From contig OX597838.1 in assembly GCA_951406725.2 (NCBI GenBank), positions 43,710,001 to 43,774,000 on the forward strand: a stretch of 64,000 nt of DNA, given 5' to 3'. The notes beneath the pieces are model-generated. The model was not told the origin of the DNA and did no database searches. It saw only the letters and a list, made by a program, of their open reading frames with translations. Both the position numbers and the translations under genes were made by a program. Positions 1 to 14,530 of this stretch are shown here, one piece after another (the first letter of the stretch is position 1; every line of letters starts with the position of its first letter). The stretch comes from Octopus vulgaris. Its lineage: Eukaryota.

Positions 1-144
1 CTTCCAAGCATAGACTACATTTCGAGTTCATGATAGTATATGGTGAAGCGTTACAAATAATTGCCCACTTAATATCATTTTTAGTGTTCTTAACCTTTAA
101 GTCCACAAATTTAGAAAAGTATTTAAATCAATCAATTGATCAGT

Positions 145-207
<63 letters not shown>

Positions 208-221
208 TATATTAGCTTATA

Positions 222-585
222 TGTTTCAGTCATTTGATTGCGGCCATGCTGGAGCACGCCTAGAAGGGTTTTAATCGAACAAATCGACCCCAACACTCAC
301 TTTATTTTTAAACCTGCTACTTATTCTATCTGTTTAATTTTTGCTGAACCGCTAAGTTACGGGGACGTAAACACACCAGCACCGGTTGTCAAGTGGTGAA
401 AGGTGACAGACATAAAGACACACACATATATATGGCAGGCTTCATTTAGTTTCTGTCTACCAAATCCACTCACAAGGCTTTGATCAGCCCGAGCTATAGT
501 AGATACTCGTGGAAGGTGCCATGCAGCGATACTGAACCCGGAACAATGTGGTTGGGAAGTAAGCTTCTTACCACACAGCCACTTC
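222..585 (-). mobile_element. SINE family A (tRNA-like head, central microsatellite, tail ...catggccgcagtcaaatgactgaaaca)
   Basis: Reverse complement matches the full copy at 48881-49300 in head, body and tail. Confidence 0.85.
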
Positions 586-599
586 ACAGGTACGGGTAC

Positions 600-810
600 C
601 ACTAACGTAGTTCTCAAGGAGATTCAACGTGACACTGAATGGAACAACGGCTGGCCCTTTCAAATACAGGTAACAACACATTTTTGTCAGCTGAGTGAAC
701 TGCAGCAATGTGAAATAAAGTGTCTTGCTCAAGGATATACACAACGCGCAGCAGGAAATCGAACTCAGGACCGTGAGCCGAACACCGTAATCACTAAACC
801 GCGCACCTTC
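600..810 (-). mobile_element. SINE family B fragment
   Basis: Shares cagctgagtgaactg..gaaataaagtgtcttgctcaag..aatcgaactc with copies at 13960-14095 and 40500-40640. Confidence 0.7.
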
Positions 811-1479
811 ACAATTCTTCTTCTTCACAATGTCTTATTGAACATTTCTACATTTTAATCTCTAAACACCTTTATTCCAATCTATACACGCACTGTTTGT
901 TTGAACTAAATTACAGAATAAAACAACCATATTTTTTAATGATTTTCTCTTCACTTTGTAAAGTCAAGCGTTTGTTGCATTGAGAATCGGTGTCAAAGTT
1001 GTTTACACTCTCGGAATTTAAAGTAGTTTGTTAATGTCAGCTGTATGCATTATTATTTGTTGCAGCTACTTTTTCTTCATATTCAGTGGTTTTACTACTT
1101 AATCTGAAGCTTATAGTCTTTATAAAATATCTAAAACTTACATTCAATTATTCTAAAATACTTGTTTAATTTCGTTTTTATTTGTCACTATTCCGTTTTG
1201 CCACGTCAAAACATTTGACAAGCATTAGTGAACAATTTTTTTTATTGCAATATTTTTGGCTTTTATTTGATACTTAGAATATAATTTAGATCGTAATATT
1301 TTCGCTGTCGTAACTTCCAAATAACTGTTTATTTTAAAACTGTCAATCGGTCATTCGGTCACTTCATTACTATGTTAATCTAGTGACAGGTAAATTATTA
1401 GTGCTAATATCATGTACTCTCTCTCTCTCACACATATATTTATGCAAACATTTACAATATCTTTTTATCTTCTATCTTT

Positions 1480-1656
1480 CACTTGTTCCAATCATTAGAC
1501 TGCGGCCATGCTGGAGCTCTACCTTGAATTTCTAGTCGAGTTAATCGACCATAGGTCTTCTTTGTTTATGCCTAGTACTTATTCTATCGATCTATTTCGC
1601 CAAACCTATAAGTAACGGGGACGCAAATACACCAACACCGGTAGTGGTGGGGGGGC

Positions 1657-1713
<57 letters not shown>

Positions 1714-1855
1714 CACATATACATATATATGTATATATGACAGGTTTCTTTTAGTTTCCGCCTACCAAATCGACTCACAAAGTCGGTTCGAAGCTATAGA
1801 AGAAAACACTCGCCCAAGGTTCACACGCAGTGGGATTGAACCTGGAACCATGTGA
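1480..1855 (-). mobile_element. SINE family A with central (CAGA)n
   Basis: Motifs gactgcggccatgctggagc, taagtaacggggacg, ctaccaaat, cgcagtgggattgaacc. Confidence 0.8.
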
Positions 1856-2092
1856 TAGTAGAAGATTTAATCGGAATGCTGATGGTATAAAAGACTAGTA
1901 ACGTTGTTCGTCATGAAAATTATGGTTATGAAGTGCTTGCTGAAAATTATAGCTTTTTGAATCGGAATTTCAGTCAGAGAGAATGCTTGAATAGAACGTT
2001 ATGCTTGGATGAATAGATTTACCGTGATTTTCATTCTTAACATTCGCAATCAATCGAGAATTTTCTTTTCAGAACAACGCCGGTTATCCTGC

Positions 2093-2126
<34 letters not shown>

Positions 2127-2134
2127 TCTGTTAT

Positions 2135-2320
2135 GTGGACGAAATGCTTAGCGGTATTTCGCCCGTCGCTACGTTCTGAGTTCAAATTCTGCCGAGGTCG
2201 ACTTTGCTCTTCATCCTTTCGGCGTCAATAAATTAAGCACCAGTCAAGCACCAGTCAAGGGTCGATATAATCAACTTTTCTCCTCACCCAAATTTCAGGC
2301 CCTGTGCCTATAGCAGAAAG
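2135..2320 (+). mobile_element. SINE family C fragment
   Basis: gaaatgcttagcggtatttc..gagttcaaattc..gaggtcgactttgc..tcatcctttcgg, as in 50920-51153. Confidence 0.8.
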
Positions 2321-2744
2321 AATTTTCATTGTTATTGAGTGAGAGAGCAGCGCATGCCAACAAAGTGACACTGGGGTAAAAATATACGAAGCCCAATATA
2401 CCCATCGTGACTACCCTTCCGATAAGGCTACGTCAGGTACATGCACCACAACCATATGTGCGCCATATGTTCACCTTATATCACGATAAATAGTGCAAGA
2501 TGTGCAGGTGGGGGCCCAGTTAGAATTTTCTTCAGGTCGAGTAACCCATCCCGCTCAAAAGGGTCTTTGAATAACAGTTGTTTAAGGATGTTGAACGAAA
2601 GCACTCATGTTTCTAGAGGTGAATTATCCAAACCCCAAATCTCTGTTAACGAGCAGAATATTTGCTATAGCCCATCATTTATACCAAGACAAAGCATATA
2701 CATGTTAACACTTTCAATCAGTTAGGGCCAGAAGCCTGGTCCTG

Positions 2745-3270
<526 letters not shown>

Positions 3271-3271
3271 T

Positions 3272-4315
3272 GTTGTGTCGGCAAGACTATATGTGACGCG
3301 AGCGATCTGTAAGTTGTTGACTTCTTTCCAATTTTGGTTACATTTTAGTGGTCTAGAGTGTTTTGTTTTGAGAGTAAAAGCTATTGTAATCTGCCCTGAG
3401 GGGCAAAATATCGCAAAGAGAAATTTTCTGTTCGAAATGTTGAATAAAATTTGATATAGCGTCGTCTTCGTCGCCGAACCAAGAAGAGAGGAAAGCGAAA
3501 TGTAGTTTAGAAGGCAAAATTGTCTTTCGCCCTCAAATCCTTCTTCCCCCACCCCGGCCGATCTATCAAACATGGAAAGAGGTTGTAACTGCAGAATGAG
3601 CAGCAACGGTAAAAAGAGTAGAAAACACAAAAGCAACATCACCACCAACCAACACTGACTAAAACAAAAAAAGAAATATAAAAAAAAACATGCGGAAGTA
3701 GCAGCACCATAACCACTCCTGGCATCACCAACGCCGACCAAAGCGACAACAACACGAACAAGATATAGGAAATTCTTTGCGCATAAGACATTCAAGTTCA
3801 ACCACCACAACATCCCGACTACCATTAACGCCAACACAGTGGCTGGAAGCGACAAAAGCTACAAACCGAGCGTTAACGGGTTCGCTGCGGTTGTGCGTTA
3901 AGCACAAGAAAATTTAAAGCTATCAATAGATGAGTTTTAAAATGCAAGAAACAGGTTAAAACGAAACGGAAGAAGGGTTACTTTTAACATACTTGAAGCC
4001 ATTGTAGAGGAGACACTCAGAAAGATAATAATATACAAATCGATAAGAAAAAAAAATCGTAAACTAGAATGGAAAATTGAAAAATGTCTAAAACCAATGT
4101 GACACACGAAAAGCATACGTTGCAAGAGGGTAAGTGACATGGCACTATAGATGTGAAATTTTCCAAAGAGGAGGAGGAGACAAGGAAACACTTTAAAAAC
4201 AACTTTAAAAAATGAAGTACTGGTTCTGACACTAGTATATTTGGGCCGTCGAGTAGCGAAAATTAAAATTGGAGACATACCACCAGAAATAGACATCTAT
4301 TTGTTGGTGACCTGT
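3272..4315 (+). mobile_element. Decayed 5' part (UTR plus ORF1-like) of a Tx1/L1-clade LINE
   Basis: Frameshifted translation near 4140-4310, GTIDVKFSKEEE / LKNEVLVLTLVYLGRRVAKIKIGDIPPEID, resembles the RRM-type ORF1 of Tx1-like elements (recalled similarity, not searched). Preceded by a low-complexity A/C-rich leader. Confidence 0.45.
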
Positions 4316-4657
4316 CGAAGAGTTTAGATCGATGCAAAACGATCATGGCCCTACTCATGCCAGATTCTTTATCCACCTAGTCTATGACGTATCGCATGAG
4401 GTGGAGGTTGTCGTGGATGGGTCTGCTAGGGATGGCGCATATTTGCACATCGCCAGTCAGATGCTAGACGACAAGTGCCAACTTTGCTAACATCTATTTT
4501 ATAACTTTCTATCACTAACTCCTTGCTAAACCTAACTGGTTCTACTCGTTAAGTCGCGTAAAACCGATTCAAACTGTTTTAAATGTTATGCGACGGTGGG
4601 AGTTTAACGTGATTAACACTAGAGCCGATATCTATGTGCACATCGAGCGCGCGCGCG

Positions 4658-4699
<42 letters not shown>

Positions 4700-4739
4700 T
4701 ACACACACACACACAAAGTTAAATAAGGTATTATTGCCA

Positions 4740-5830
<1,091 letters not shown>

Positions 5831-6119
5831 AGTAGCTAACAAGTTAATACCTATGCAAGTAAGATATATAAACAAAATTAGTAGGTATGAGACTACCACT
5901 AGAGTATATGTATATTACCGTATAGACATACATATTATATATGTGGTGATTTGTCACATAGCATTTTGCAATACATGTGTGTATGTTTGTGCGCGCGCAT
6001 GTGTATGTCTGTAAATGTATAATAAAAAAAATTCGGCCTATGTTCACACCACCACCACCACCACCACCAACAGCAGCAACAACAACAACAAGCATAACTG
6101 TCTTGAGTTCTAGTTTTCA

Positions 6120-6350
6120 TAGGACTGGTTACCCGTTTTCCATGGCCTATTAGCGACCGGGATCACGACGTTATTCATAGATCGCTACGCCAGTCCGCCA
6201 GTTGGGTTGGGTCCTTATTTACAGCTGAACGGATTGGGTCAACGTGAAATGAAGCGATTTGGTCAAGAACACAACGGAATGCCCGGTCCGGAAATCGAAA
6301 TCACAGTCTCGAGATCGTGAGTGCAACACGCTAATCACTTGGCAGCGCGC
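6120..6350 (-). mobile_element. SINE family B, diverged
   Basis: Similar to 40400-40640 (cccgttttcc..gccagtcc..caagaacacaacg..aatcgaaa). Confidence 0.65.
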
Positions 6351-6379
6351 CTTGATAGTTTATTATTTTTTAAATCTTT

Positions 6380-6910
6380 TACATGTTTCAGTCAATTGAC
6401 TGCGGCCATGCTGGGGCACCGCCTTCAAGGGTTCTAGTCGAACAAATCGACCCTCGGACTTATTTTCTTAAAGCCTACTACTTATTTTATCGGTCTTTCT
6501 TGCCGAATCACTAAGTTACGGGGACGTAAACACATTAACACCGGTTGGCAAGTAGTGGTCAGAGACAAACAGTCACAAAGACAAACACACACACATATAC
6601 ACACACACACACACATACTGAATCCGCTAAAAAACATATGTATACACACTAGAGGAAAAAGGAAAGAAGACTGTATAAAAAATAGCTCTTTCGATGTTTC
6701 ATCAAATTGCAATAACACGGATTTAGAATATTTCCTTTCCTGAAGTCTATATACATTCTTTTGGCTCACTCAGTTTCCGTTGACCAAATCCACTTACAAG
6801 ACTTTGGTCGACCCGGAGTAATAGTAGAGGACACTGGTGCAAAGTGTTACGAAGTGGGACTGAACCCAGAACCATTTGGTTGGGAAGCAAGCTTCTTACC
6901 ACAAAGCCAC
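6380..6910 (-). mobile_element. SINE family A, interrupted in its central microsatellite
   Basis: Tail half 6380-6590 and head half 6770-6910, with an unrelated insert between them. Confidence 0.8.
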
Positions 6911-7229
6911 GCCTTCTCGCGAATACACGGACACACACACACACACACGCGTGCGTATATGTGTGTTTGTGCGTTCGTATGTAAATGTATGTGTGCGTGT
7001 GTGTTTGTGTTTGTGCGCGTTTGTGAGGGTTATTAGAATGATATTGCGTAGAAGCACGATGAAACGCTCGTGATGTTATTAGCCAGCGAAATGCATGGTT
7101 GGGCACGAATGGATGGGTTTAATGAGTGGCGCATAGGGAGACTTGTGTGCCAGAATGTGTTTTGATGGAGGATTGCGGTGCAATTACTTCATCACACGCA
7201 AACAGACTGGCACAGTCAGGGATAGACAC

Positions 7230-7425
7230 ATCTACGTATACACGTAGATGTGCAAATATATATACATGAGTATACACGTACACATTGTAGATAGACATAT
7301 ACTTGTACATACATACGCAGACACATACACACACTCACATACAAATACACGCATATATACACATATGTATGTATTTCTGTACACGTACGTACTTATAAAT
7401 ATATGTACACATATGTACGTGTGTG

Positions 7426-7485
<60 letters not shown>

Positions 7486-7542
7486 CATACATATACACAC
7501 ACACACATATATATATACATATATATATACATATATATATAT

Positions 7543-7589
<47 letters not shown>

Positions 7590-7838
7590 TAGATACATAG
7601 ATATATTTATGTATAGATGGATAGATAGATATATAGACATATATATATATACATATAAATACACACATACATATCTATCTATCTATATTCATATAGCTAT
7701 TTATTTATCCATACGTAACACACATATACATACATACACACACATATACATACATACATACACACACATACTCACACATATATGCGCTCATATATGCACA
7801 CATATATATATAAATACATATCTATCTATCTATATATG

Positions 7839-7911
<73 letters not shown>

Positions 7912-8000
7912 ATATATATATATATATTTACGCATACACACACATATACATAATACATGCATACGCACACACACACACATACATATGTAACATACATGCA
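7230..8000. repeat. Compound (CA)n/(TA)n/(TAGA)n microsatellite
   Basis: Directly visible. Confidence 0.95.
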
Positions 8001-8749
8001 TTCTTGGTTAATACACCGAGGAATCGGCACTGTGCCATATCTGAAATTCTGAGATATGTTAGTGTGTCGTGTTTCTACCTCTACGCTTTACCGGTTTGAA
8101 AAAGAAAATATATATATGAAAATAGAACAAACTCTGTTCCACGAGGTAGAATGAATTTAGGCGCTATTAAGAATGTATGTCCTTTATTTGAGTGAAGCCC
8201 AGCGAATTGGAATAAACAACTAATGAATACCCAATCAACGTAAGAAGCCTTATTACTGTAGTTCCCTTTTGGTTTTGATAAATTGCCAATGTTGAAAACA
8301 ATTAAAATTTTAACCCTTTCGGGACTGGTAGTCAGAAGAAATTACAGGATTGCCGAACCGAGCGATCTATTGCGTTCGGCATTGACCCTCGATGTTCTGC
8401 ATAAAGTTTCGTCCTTAAAGTAAATAACCGATGGAGCATCCACGATCTCAGGGCGAGAAACAGAATGCTTCAACATTAAGAAAGCATGGCTCAGTGGTCA
8501 GAGTGTCGGGCTGGTCTTCCATAAAACAACTTTCCCTGGACTTGTACCTCGAAGGGGAACTTTCTAGGTGCAATCTCATGACCAAAAGGGGTTTTTATCC
8601 TTTACCCTGTAGGGACGAATGGAAGCAGAACTCCCCGATTGGCGTTGGAAAGTCTTCTCAAACACTGTCCCGTTGCCACCGTCCAATCAGAAAGTAGCAG
8701 ACATCGCATGACTTGCTGACTATGTTTATCCTGTATTATTTACTCATTA

Positions 8750-8980
8750 TGGTCGTTAGACTGTGGCCATGCTGGGGCACTGCCTTGAAGACATTTTAGT
8801 CGAATGAATCTACCCTACTACTTACTTTTTCTTAAAGCCTGGTTCTTATTCTATCGGTATCTTTTGCAGAACCGCTAAGTTACGAAGACTTAAACATCGT
8901 TTGTCAAGCGGTGGTTGGGGACAAACGCAGACACACATAGAAGTGGATTTGGTAAACGGAAACTTACAAGTCCGTCGTAC
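8750..8980 (-). mobile_element. SINE family A partial
   Basis: gactgtggccatgctggggcac..gaaccgctaagttacg..tgtcaagcggtg. Confidence 0.75.
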
Positions 8981-8992
8981 ATATATGCATAC

Positions 8993-9061
<69 letters not shown>

Positions 9062-9063
<2 letters not shown>

Positions 9064-11782
9064 AACAGGGGCGCGAATTGCTCGAGCCAAGTAAAATGTG
9101 TGTGGCCTTTCAACAGCATTTTGCTCGACTGTTCGGGACGAGTGGCGGGCAAGAACGTAGGGTGGACTTCAGTGCCTACCTACACAGCCTACCACGACTC
9201 TCGACAAGAGAAGCAGGGTGCTGCGAAGGTGCCATCACGGCGGCGGAAGTGCAGGACGCGATGGCAGAATGCTCGGGGGACAAATAACCGGGTTTGGATG
9301 GTCTACCCTACGAGCTTTACAATTGTATGCCAGACTTGTTTGGAGATGTCTTGGCAGCGGTGTACTGCAACTGGCAGCAAAACGGGAGCATTCCTGGTTT
9401 TGTGAGCCGAGGAGCCGTAACACTGCTGAAGAAAGATCTAAACAAGGGAAATGTAATAGATAACTTTAGGCCCATCACTCTGCTTAATGCAGACTTGAAA
9501 ATTTCGGCCAAGGTGTTAGCCAAGAGGTTGGCGCTTGTCATCGAGAAACTGGTCGACAAGGCGCAAACGCGCCGTGCCGGGCCGGACCATCAATGACAAC
9601 CTCCACCTGATGCGCTACATCATAGACAGGGTTGTTAACGAACCTGGCATGGGTGGGGCACTGATCAATTTGGATCAATCGAAAGCTTTCGATAGGGTGG
9701 ATCATGGATACTTGGAGGCGGTCCTCAGAGTGGCTGGCTTCGGTCCCGTCTTCCGCGGCTGGATAGCCGCTTTGTACAGAGGCATCCGTTCGGTAATTCG
9801 CGTAGATGGACATCTATCGAGACCTTTCAACATCGCACGTTCGGTCCGTCAGGGATGCCCCCTCTCGTCGCTTCTATACGTATTGACTCTCGAGCCATTA
9901 TTGCGGAAGCTGGCAACTTTGAGGGGCATCCCGCGAGAACTGTGATGCGGGACGAGCGTGTCTGCATACGCGGACGACGTCACCGTCATAGTGTCTAACC
10001 ACGAGCACATCGAGCAGGTCGGCGAGACACTGAAAAACTACGAAGCGGTGACAGGAGCAAAAATCAACCGGGAAAAGTCAGTGGGCTTGCGACTAGGCAC
10101 CAGGAGAAGCAAGCCCATGCCGTCCACCAGCGCCTCCGTCGTGGGACGCTGGACCGACGGCCCGGTCGAGTTGCTCGGGGTCTGGTTCGGTCCGGACATC
10201 CAAGTGGAGAAGAACTGGAACGAGATAACGAGTAGGGTGGTCACTCTCGCCCGGCAATGGGCCGAGAGGAAACTGTCCCTAAAAGGTCGGGCGGAGGTGA
10301 CGAACACGTACATCGCGTCCGTCATCTACTACCGCCTGACCGTCGTGCCTTGTCCCGATCCTACCATCACCAAACTAGAACGCATTCTCTTTCGCTTTTT
10401 GTGGAAAGGATGCGTCCCGATGGTCAGACGATCCATTTGCTGTCAACACCCGTTAAAAGGAGGACTGGGCATGCCGTGGTTGATGATGCGCAGACACGCG
10501 CTGAGACTGCGATATCTCAGGCTCTTCGTAGACGACGGTGAACAGGTGTGGTCGCCGTTTGTGAAGCACGCTTTCCCGCAGCTCTTCTCCATAACCGAAC
10601 TGCAGTCGTGGATCAAAAAGAGGCCGAGGAAGGGCGAATGGCACCGCGAGTGTCGCGTTGCTCTCAAGCAACTCTGCCGTCCTGGATCGACCTTGAGTAA
10701 CTTCATCACAACCAAAGCATTCTATAGGGGATTAGTGGAGGGGAGGTACGACGACGAGCTCGGGGCGAACCTGGACGTCGACGAGGAGTACCTGACCCGC
10801 CTGTTCGGGACGACTTTCGAGCCAGGGCTCATGGACAACTTCCAGAGATCCCTGGCCTGGCAGTGCTACCGAGAAGCGCTACCCGTTCGGGATAAGCTCT
10901 ACTGACACGGCTCGAGAAACACGGGGCCGACCTGCCCGAGATGCGGTCAGAGCGACGAAACCGCTCTGCACGCACTCGTGCAGTGTCCAACAATTTCCGA
11001 CCTGTGGGCTTATGTCGAACAACTGCTGTCACGTGTGGGACGAGTCGGTTTATCAGCTGAGTCTATCGTCAATATTGTCACGCCTCCTTCCTTCAAACGG
11101 GAAGGAAGAGCTATCTTCATCATCCTTGTGGCTATGGCGAAAGAATGTATCTGGTGGACGCGTCTGAAAGGATTGGAGACAAACACTTTCCTCTCTGGTC
11201 AATCTCTCATCAACTTCTTCAAGTACCACTTGAAAAGGAAAGTGAGAGTAGAGGGGCAAGTTTTGTCTAGCGAATGTTTTAAAAAAAGATGGTTGAATGT
11301 AGCAAGGATAGCACGTATGAATGACGAAGCCACATTGAGCATAATCCTATGAACCCAGAAATTGAAAACAGAGAGTTACCCACTTGCAAACAAATGTGGT
11401 AACATATAACAATATTGACCAAGGTTACCGTGGTCTTTTTCGTAGGCTTTTCTTCCCACGGATAAACCTTACTTGCTTTCCCCTTTACACCATACATCAT
11501 AACACTGTGATACACGATCCCTATTGACCGTGTTTTTTTTTCCGCTTCCCCTTTTTTCTTCTTTTTTTCATTTCTCTTTTCTTTTGTTCCTTTTCCTTTT
11601 TTCCTTCTTTTTTTAATTTTTTAAAATTTTATTTTTTGTTCTTTTTTTCCCTTTTACGATCTCTTTTGATCGAAAACCTTTTGTTTTTTGTTTTTTGTTT
11701 TTTTCATCCCCCAAAAGAAAAGCTCTACCTTGTAACTTGTCCCATCTGTGTGCAGCCCTGTGTGGCCAATAAAGAAACTTAT
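9062..11782 (+). mobile_element. 5'-truncated Tx1/L1-clade non-LTR retrotransposon (RT plus C-terminal zinc knuckle), disrupted
   Basis: RT motifs K*PGLDGLP, NFRPITLLNADLK, LDQSKAFDRV, VRQGCPLS and YADD (9967-9978), then KINREKS and GGLG, then CPRC..ETALHALVQC. T-rich 3' UTR, AATAAA at 11768. Stops at 9285, 9943 and 10903, and a frameshift near 9570. Confidence 0.95.
9078..11352 (+). pseudogene. ORF2 reverse transcriptase pseudogene of the Tx1-like LINE
   Basis: ORFs 9078-9287, 9294-9596, 9535-9945, 9958-10905 and 10978-11352 join into one ORF2 lacking the endonuclease. Confidence 0.93.
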
Positions 11783-11785
11783 CCA

Positions 11786-11866
<81 letters not shown>

Positions 11867-11869
11867 ATT

Positions 11870-12098
11870 CTTTACTTGTTTCAGTCATTTGACTGCGGCT
11901 ATGCAGGAGCACCGCCTTTAGTCGAGCAAATTGACCCCAGAACTTATTCTTTGTAAGCCTAGTACTTATTCTATCGGTCTCTTTGGCCGAACCGCTAAGT
12001 TACGAGGACGTAAACACACCAGCATTGGTTGTCAAGTGATGTTGGGGGAACAAACATAGACACACAAGCACCCCCCCACACATACACACACACACACA

Positions 12099-12154
<56 letters not shown>

Positions 12155-12310
12155 ACGGGCCTCTTTCAGTTTCCGTCTACCAAATCCACTCACAAGGCTT
12201 TGGCCGGCCCAAGGCTATAGTAGAAGGCACATGCCCAAGGTGCCACGCAGTGGGACTGAACCCGGAACCATGTGGTTGGTAAGCAAGCTACTTATGACAC
12301 AGCCACTCCT
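11870..12310 (-). mobile_element. SINE family A, near full length
   Basis: Colinear with the reverse complement of 48881-49300. Confidence 0.9.
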
Positions 12311-12312
12311 GT

Positions 12313-12349
<37 letters not shown>

Positions 12350-13289
12350 TTTCACGTTTCTGTCTATCAAATACATTCACAATATTTAGTGGGTTCAATC
12401 GGTCCCTAAAGCACATGCTTGACCAGCGTGCCAGGCAGGTGGACTGAAATATACGCAAGTCGATCTGAAAGAAGATAAAATTGTAACTCGTTCCTCATAT
12501 AACAGGGTGTATATAGGATGAATTTACGGATTCACACGTTATTCTTGTAGATTAATTTTCCTCTCTAAAGCTATGTTGAAATATCTTTCCATAAACGAAT
12601 GATTAAATATACAAAAGTTTCATTTTCCCCGCAAAATATACGTTTAACCCTTTGCCTCTTGTCTGTATCACATACAAAATTTGCCTTTTCCCCCGCAAAA
12701 TTTATCATGCGTTCAACTTTTTGCCTCTCATGTGTATCACGTGCGACACACAGGACTCCCCGGGGTTCATGTATTATGTACGGTACACATTCCCAGTTCT
12801 TTATAATCACCAGAGAAACTTGAAACTTAAGAAAGAAAAGCTTCGTATTACCCAGAACGTATAAAAGAAGGACTAACCAAAAGTCTAAAAGGAAAAAATA
12901 AAAAAGGATGGAAGTTTACGACAAATCTATGCAAATGCTTTGGACTTGGAAAAGATTAAATTAAAACCGGTTTCAAATTGAATGTTTTATCCAATGGTTA
13001 CATAATGTTCATCAAATATTTAATCGATATTTATTCTTGAGCTCATTGGTTGACCTCGATTACGGAAATTTCCTTTGATAAAAACCCCCACCATATATGG
13101 ATCGTTTTCATGTTGGTTTTTCTGACTTTTATTACAACTCTCTACATTAAGAATTTATGAGTGTGGTGCCAAACCATTTAAAATCCTGATCCACTTTCAA
13201 AAAAATCTATAATTCTCTACAGACCCAACTTATTTTTATTGCTTTGATAATTATTTCAAAAATAAATGTTAAAGATATATGTTTTACCT

Positions 13290-13660
13290 TTTACTTGTTT
13301 CAGTTATTAGACTGCGGTCATGCTGGGGCACCACGACAAAAAAACGTTTAGTCGAATGCATCGACCTAAGGACTTATTTTTCAAACGCCTGGTCCTTATT
13401 CTATCGGCCTCTTTGCCGAACCGCTGAGTTACACCAGCACCGGTTATCAAGCAGTGGTGTAAGACAAACGCAAACACACACACACACACACACACACACG
13501 ACGGGCTTCTTTCAGTTTCTGTCTGCCAACTTCCCTCACAAGGCTTTGATCGGCGTGAGGCTATAGTTAGAAGACATTCGCCGAAGGGGTCACGCAGTGG
13601 GTCAGACCACGGAACCATGTGGTTGGGAAGCAAGCTTCTAAGCGCACAGCTATGCCCGCG
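13290..13660 (-). mobile_element. SINE family A
   Basis: Tail, central (CA)n and head motifs present. Confidence 0.8.
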
Positions 13661-13764
13661 GCTATATATTTTAAATAATTTTCTAAATTACTAAAATTAA
13701 CATTTGATCGTTATTTCTTGCTTGCAGAATTATTCTTCAGTTTTTGCTAGTAGAAAATGTAAAA

Positions 13765-14096
13765 GGGTAAAGACCCCCTTCGGTCATGAATGACCATGGG
13801 ATTGCACCTAGAAAGTTACCCTCCTAGACACAAGTCTGGGCAAGGTTGTTTATGGAAGACCAGCAGTCGCCCATGCATACCGGCCTCCCCTCTCCACGCC
13901 ACCAGTGTTATCCAAGGGAAAGACAAAGGTCGATATAGCTTGGCACCTGTGACGTCGCAACTCATTTCTACAGCTGAGTGAACTGGAGCAACGTGAAATA
14001 AAGTGCCTTGCTCGAGAACACAACACGCAGCCCGGTCCGGGATTCGAGCTCACAACCTCACGATCGTAAGCTCAACGCTCTAACCACTGAGCCATG
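13765..14096 (-). mobile_element. SINE family B with long tail (ggtcattcatgacc hairpin)
   Basis: Head gcatggctcagtggttagagcg..gagctcgaatccc carries A/B-box-like motifs. The tail also occurs at 38990-39178 and 8515-8600. Confidence 0.8.
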
Positions 14097-14477
14097 CGAA
14101 TGTATTCTACCTCTAATGACTATAAATTATTTTATAATTTATTCATAAACATTTCACATTTTATTTAATATTTAAAAATTACAAGTGTAGCCGACTGTTT
14201 AAGAATTATACAGTGACATAGGTGGGGAAGCGTTTATTTACACGCGCTTTCAAGCACTTCTGGTATAAAGCAAGGCTCCCATTGGCTTCTGCATGTATGT
14301 ATATATAGGTGTAGATATTGTTATGTGGTTGATAGCTGTGTTTTGCAATCAGGTGGTTTCGGGTACAGTTCCGTTGCGCAGCACCTTGGGCAAGAATCTT
14401 TGACTGTACCTCAGGTCTATCAATGTCTTGTGAAAGAATGTGCTTGACGGCAGCTGTGAAGAAGCTCGTCGTCTTTC

Positions 14478-14525
<48 letters not shown>

Positions 14526-14530
<5 letters not shown>

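Noticed and set aside
9943-10905. In-frame TGA codons in the LINE ORF2 as selenocysteine or readthrough
   Set aside because: The copy also has a TAA and a frameshift and is 5'-truncated, so simple point decay is sufficient.
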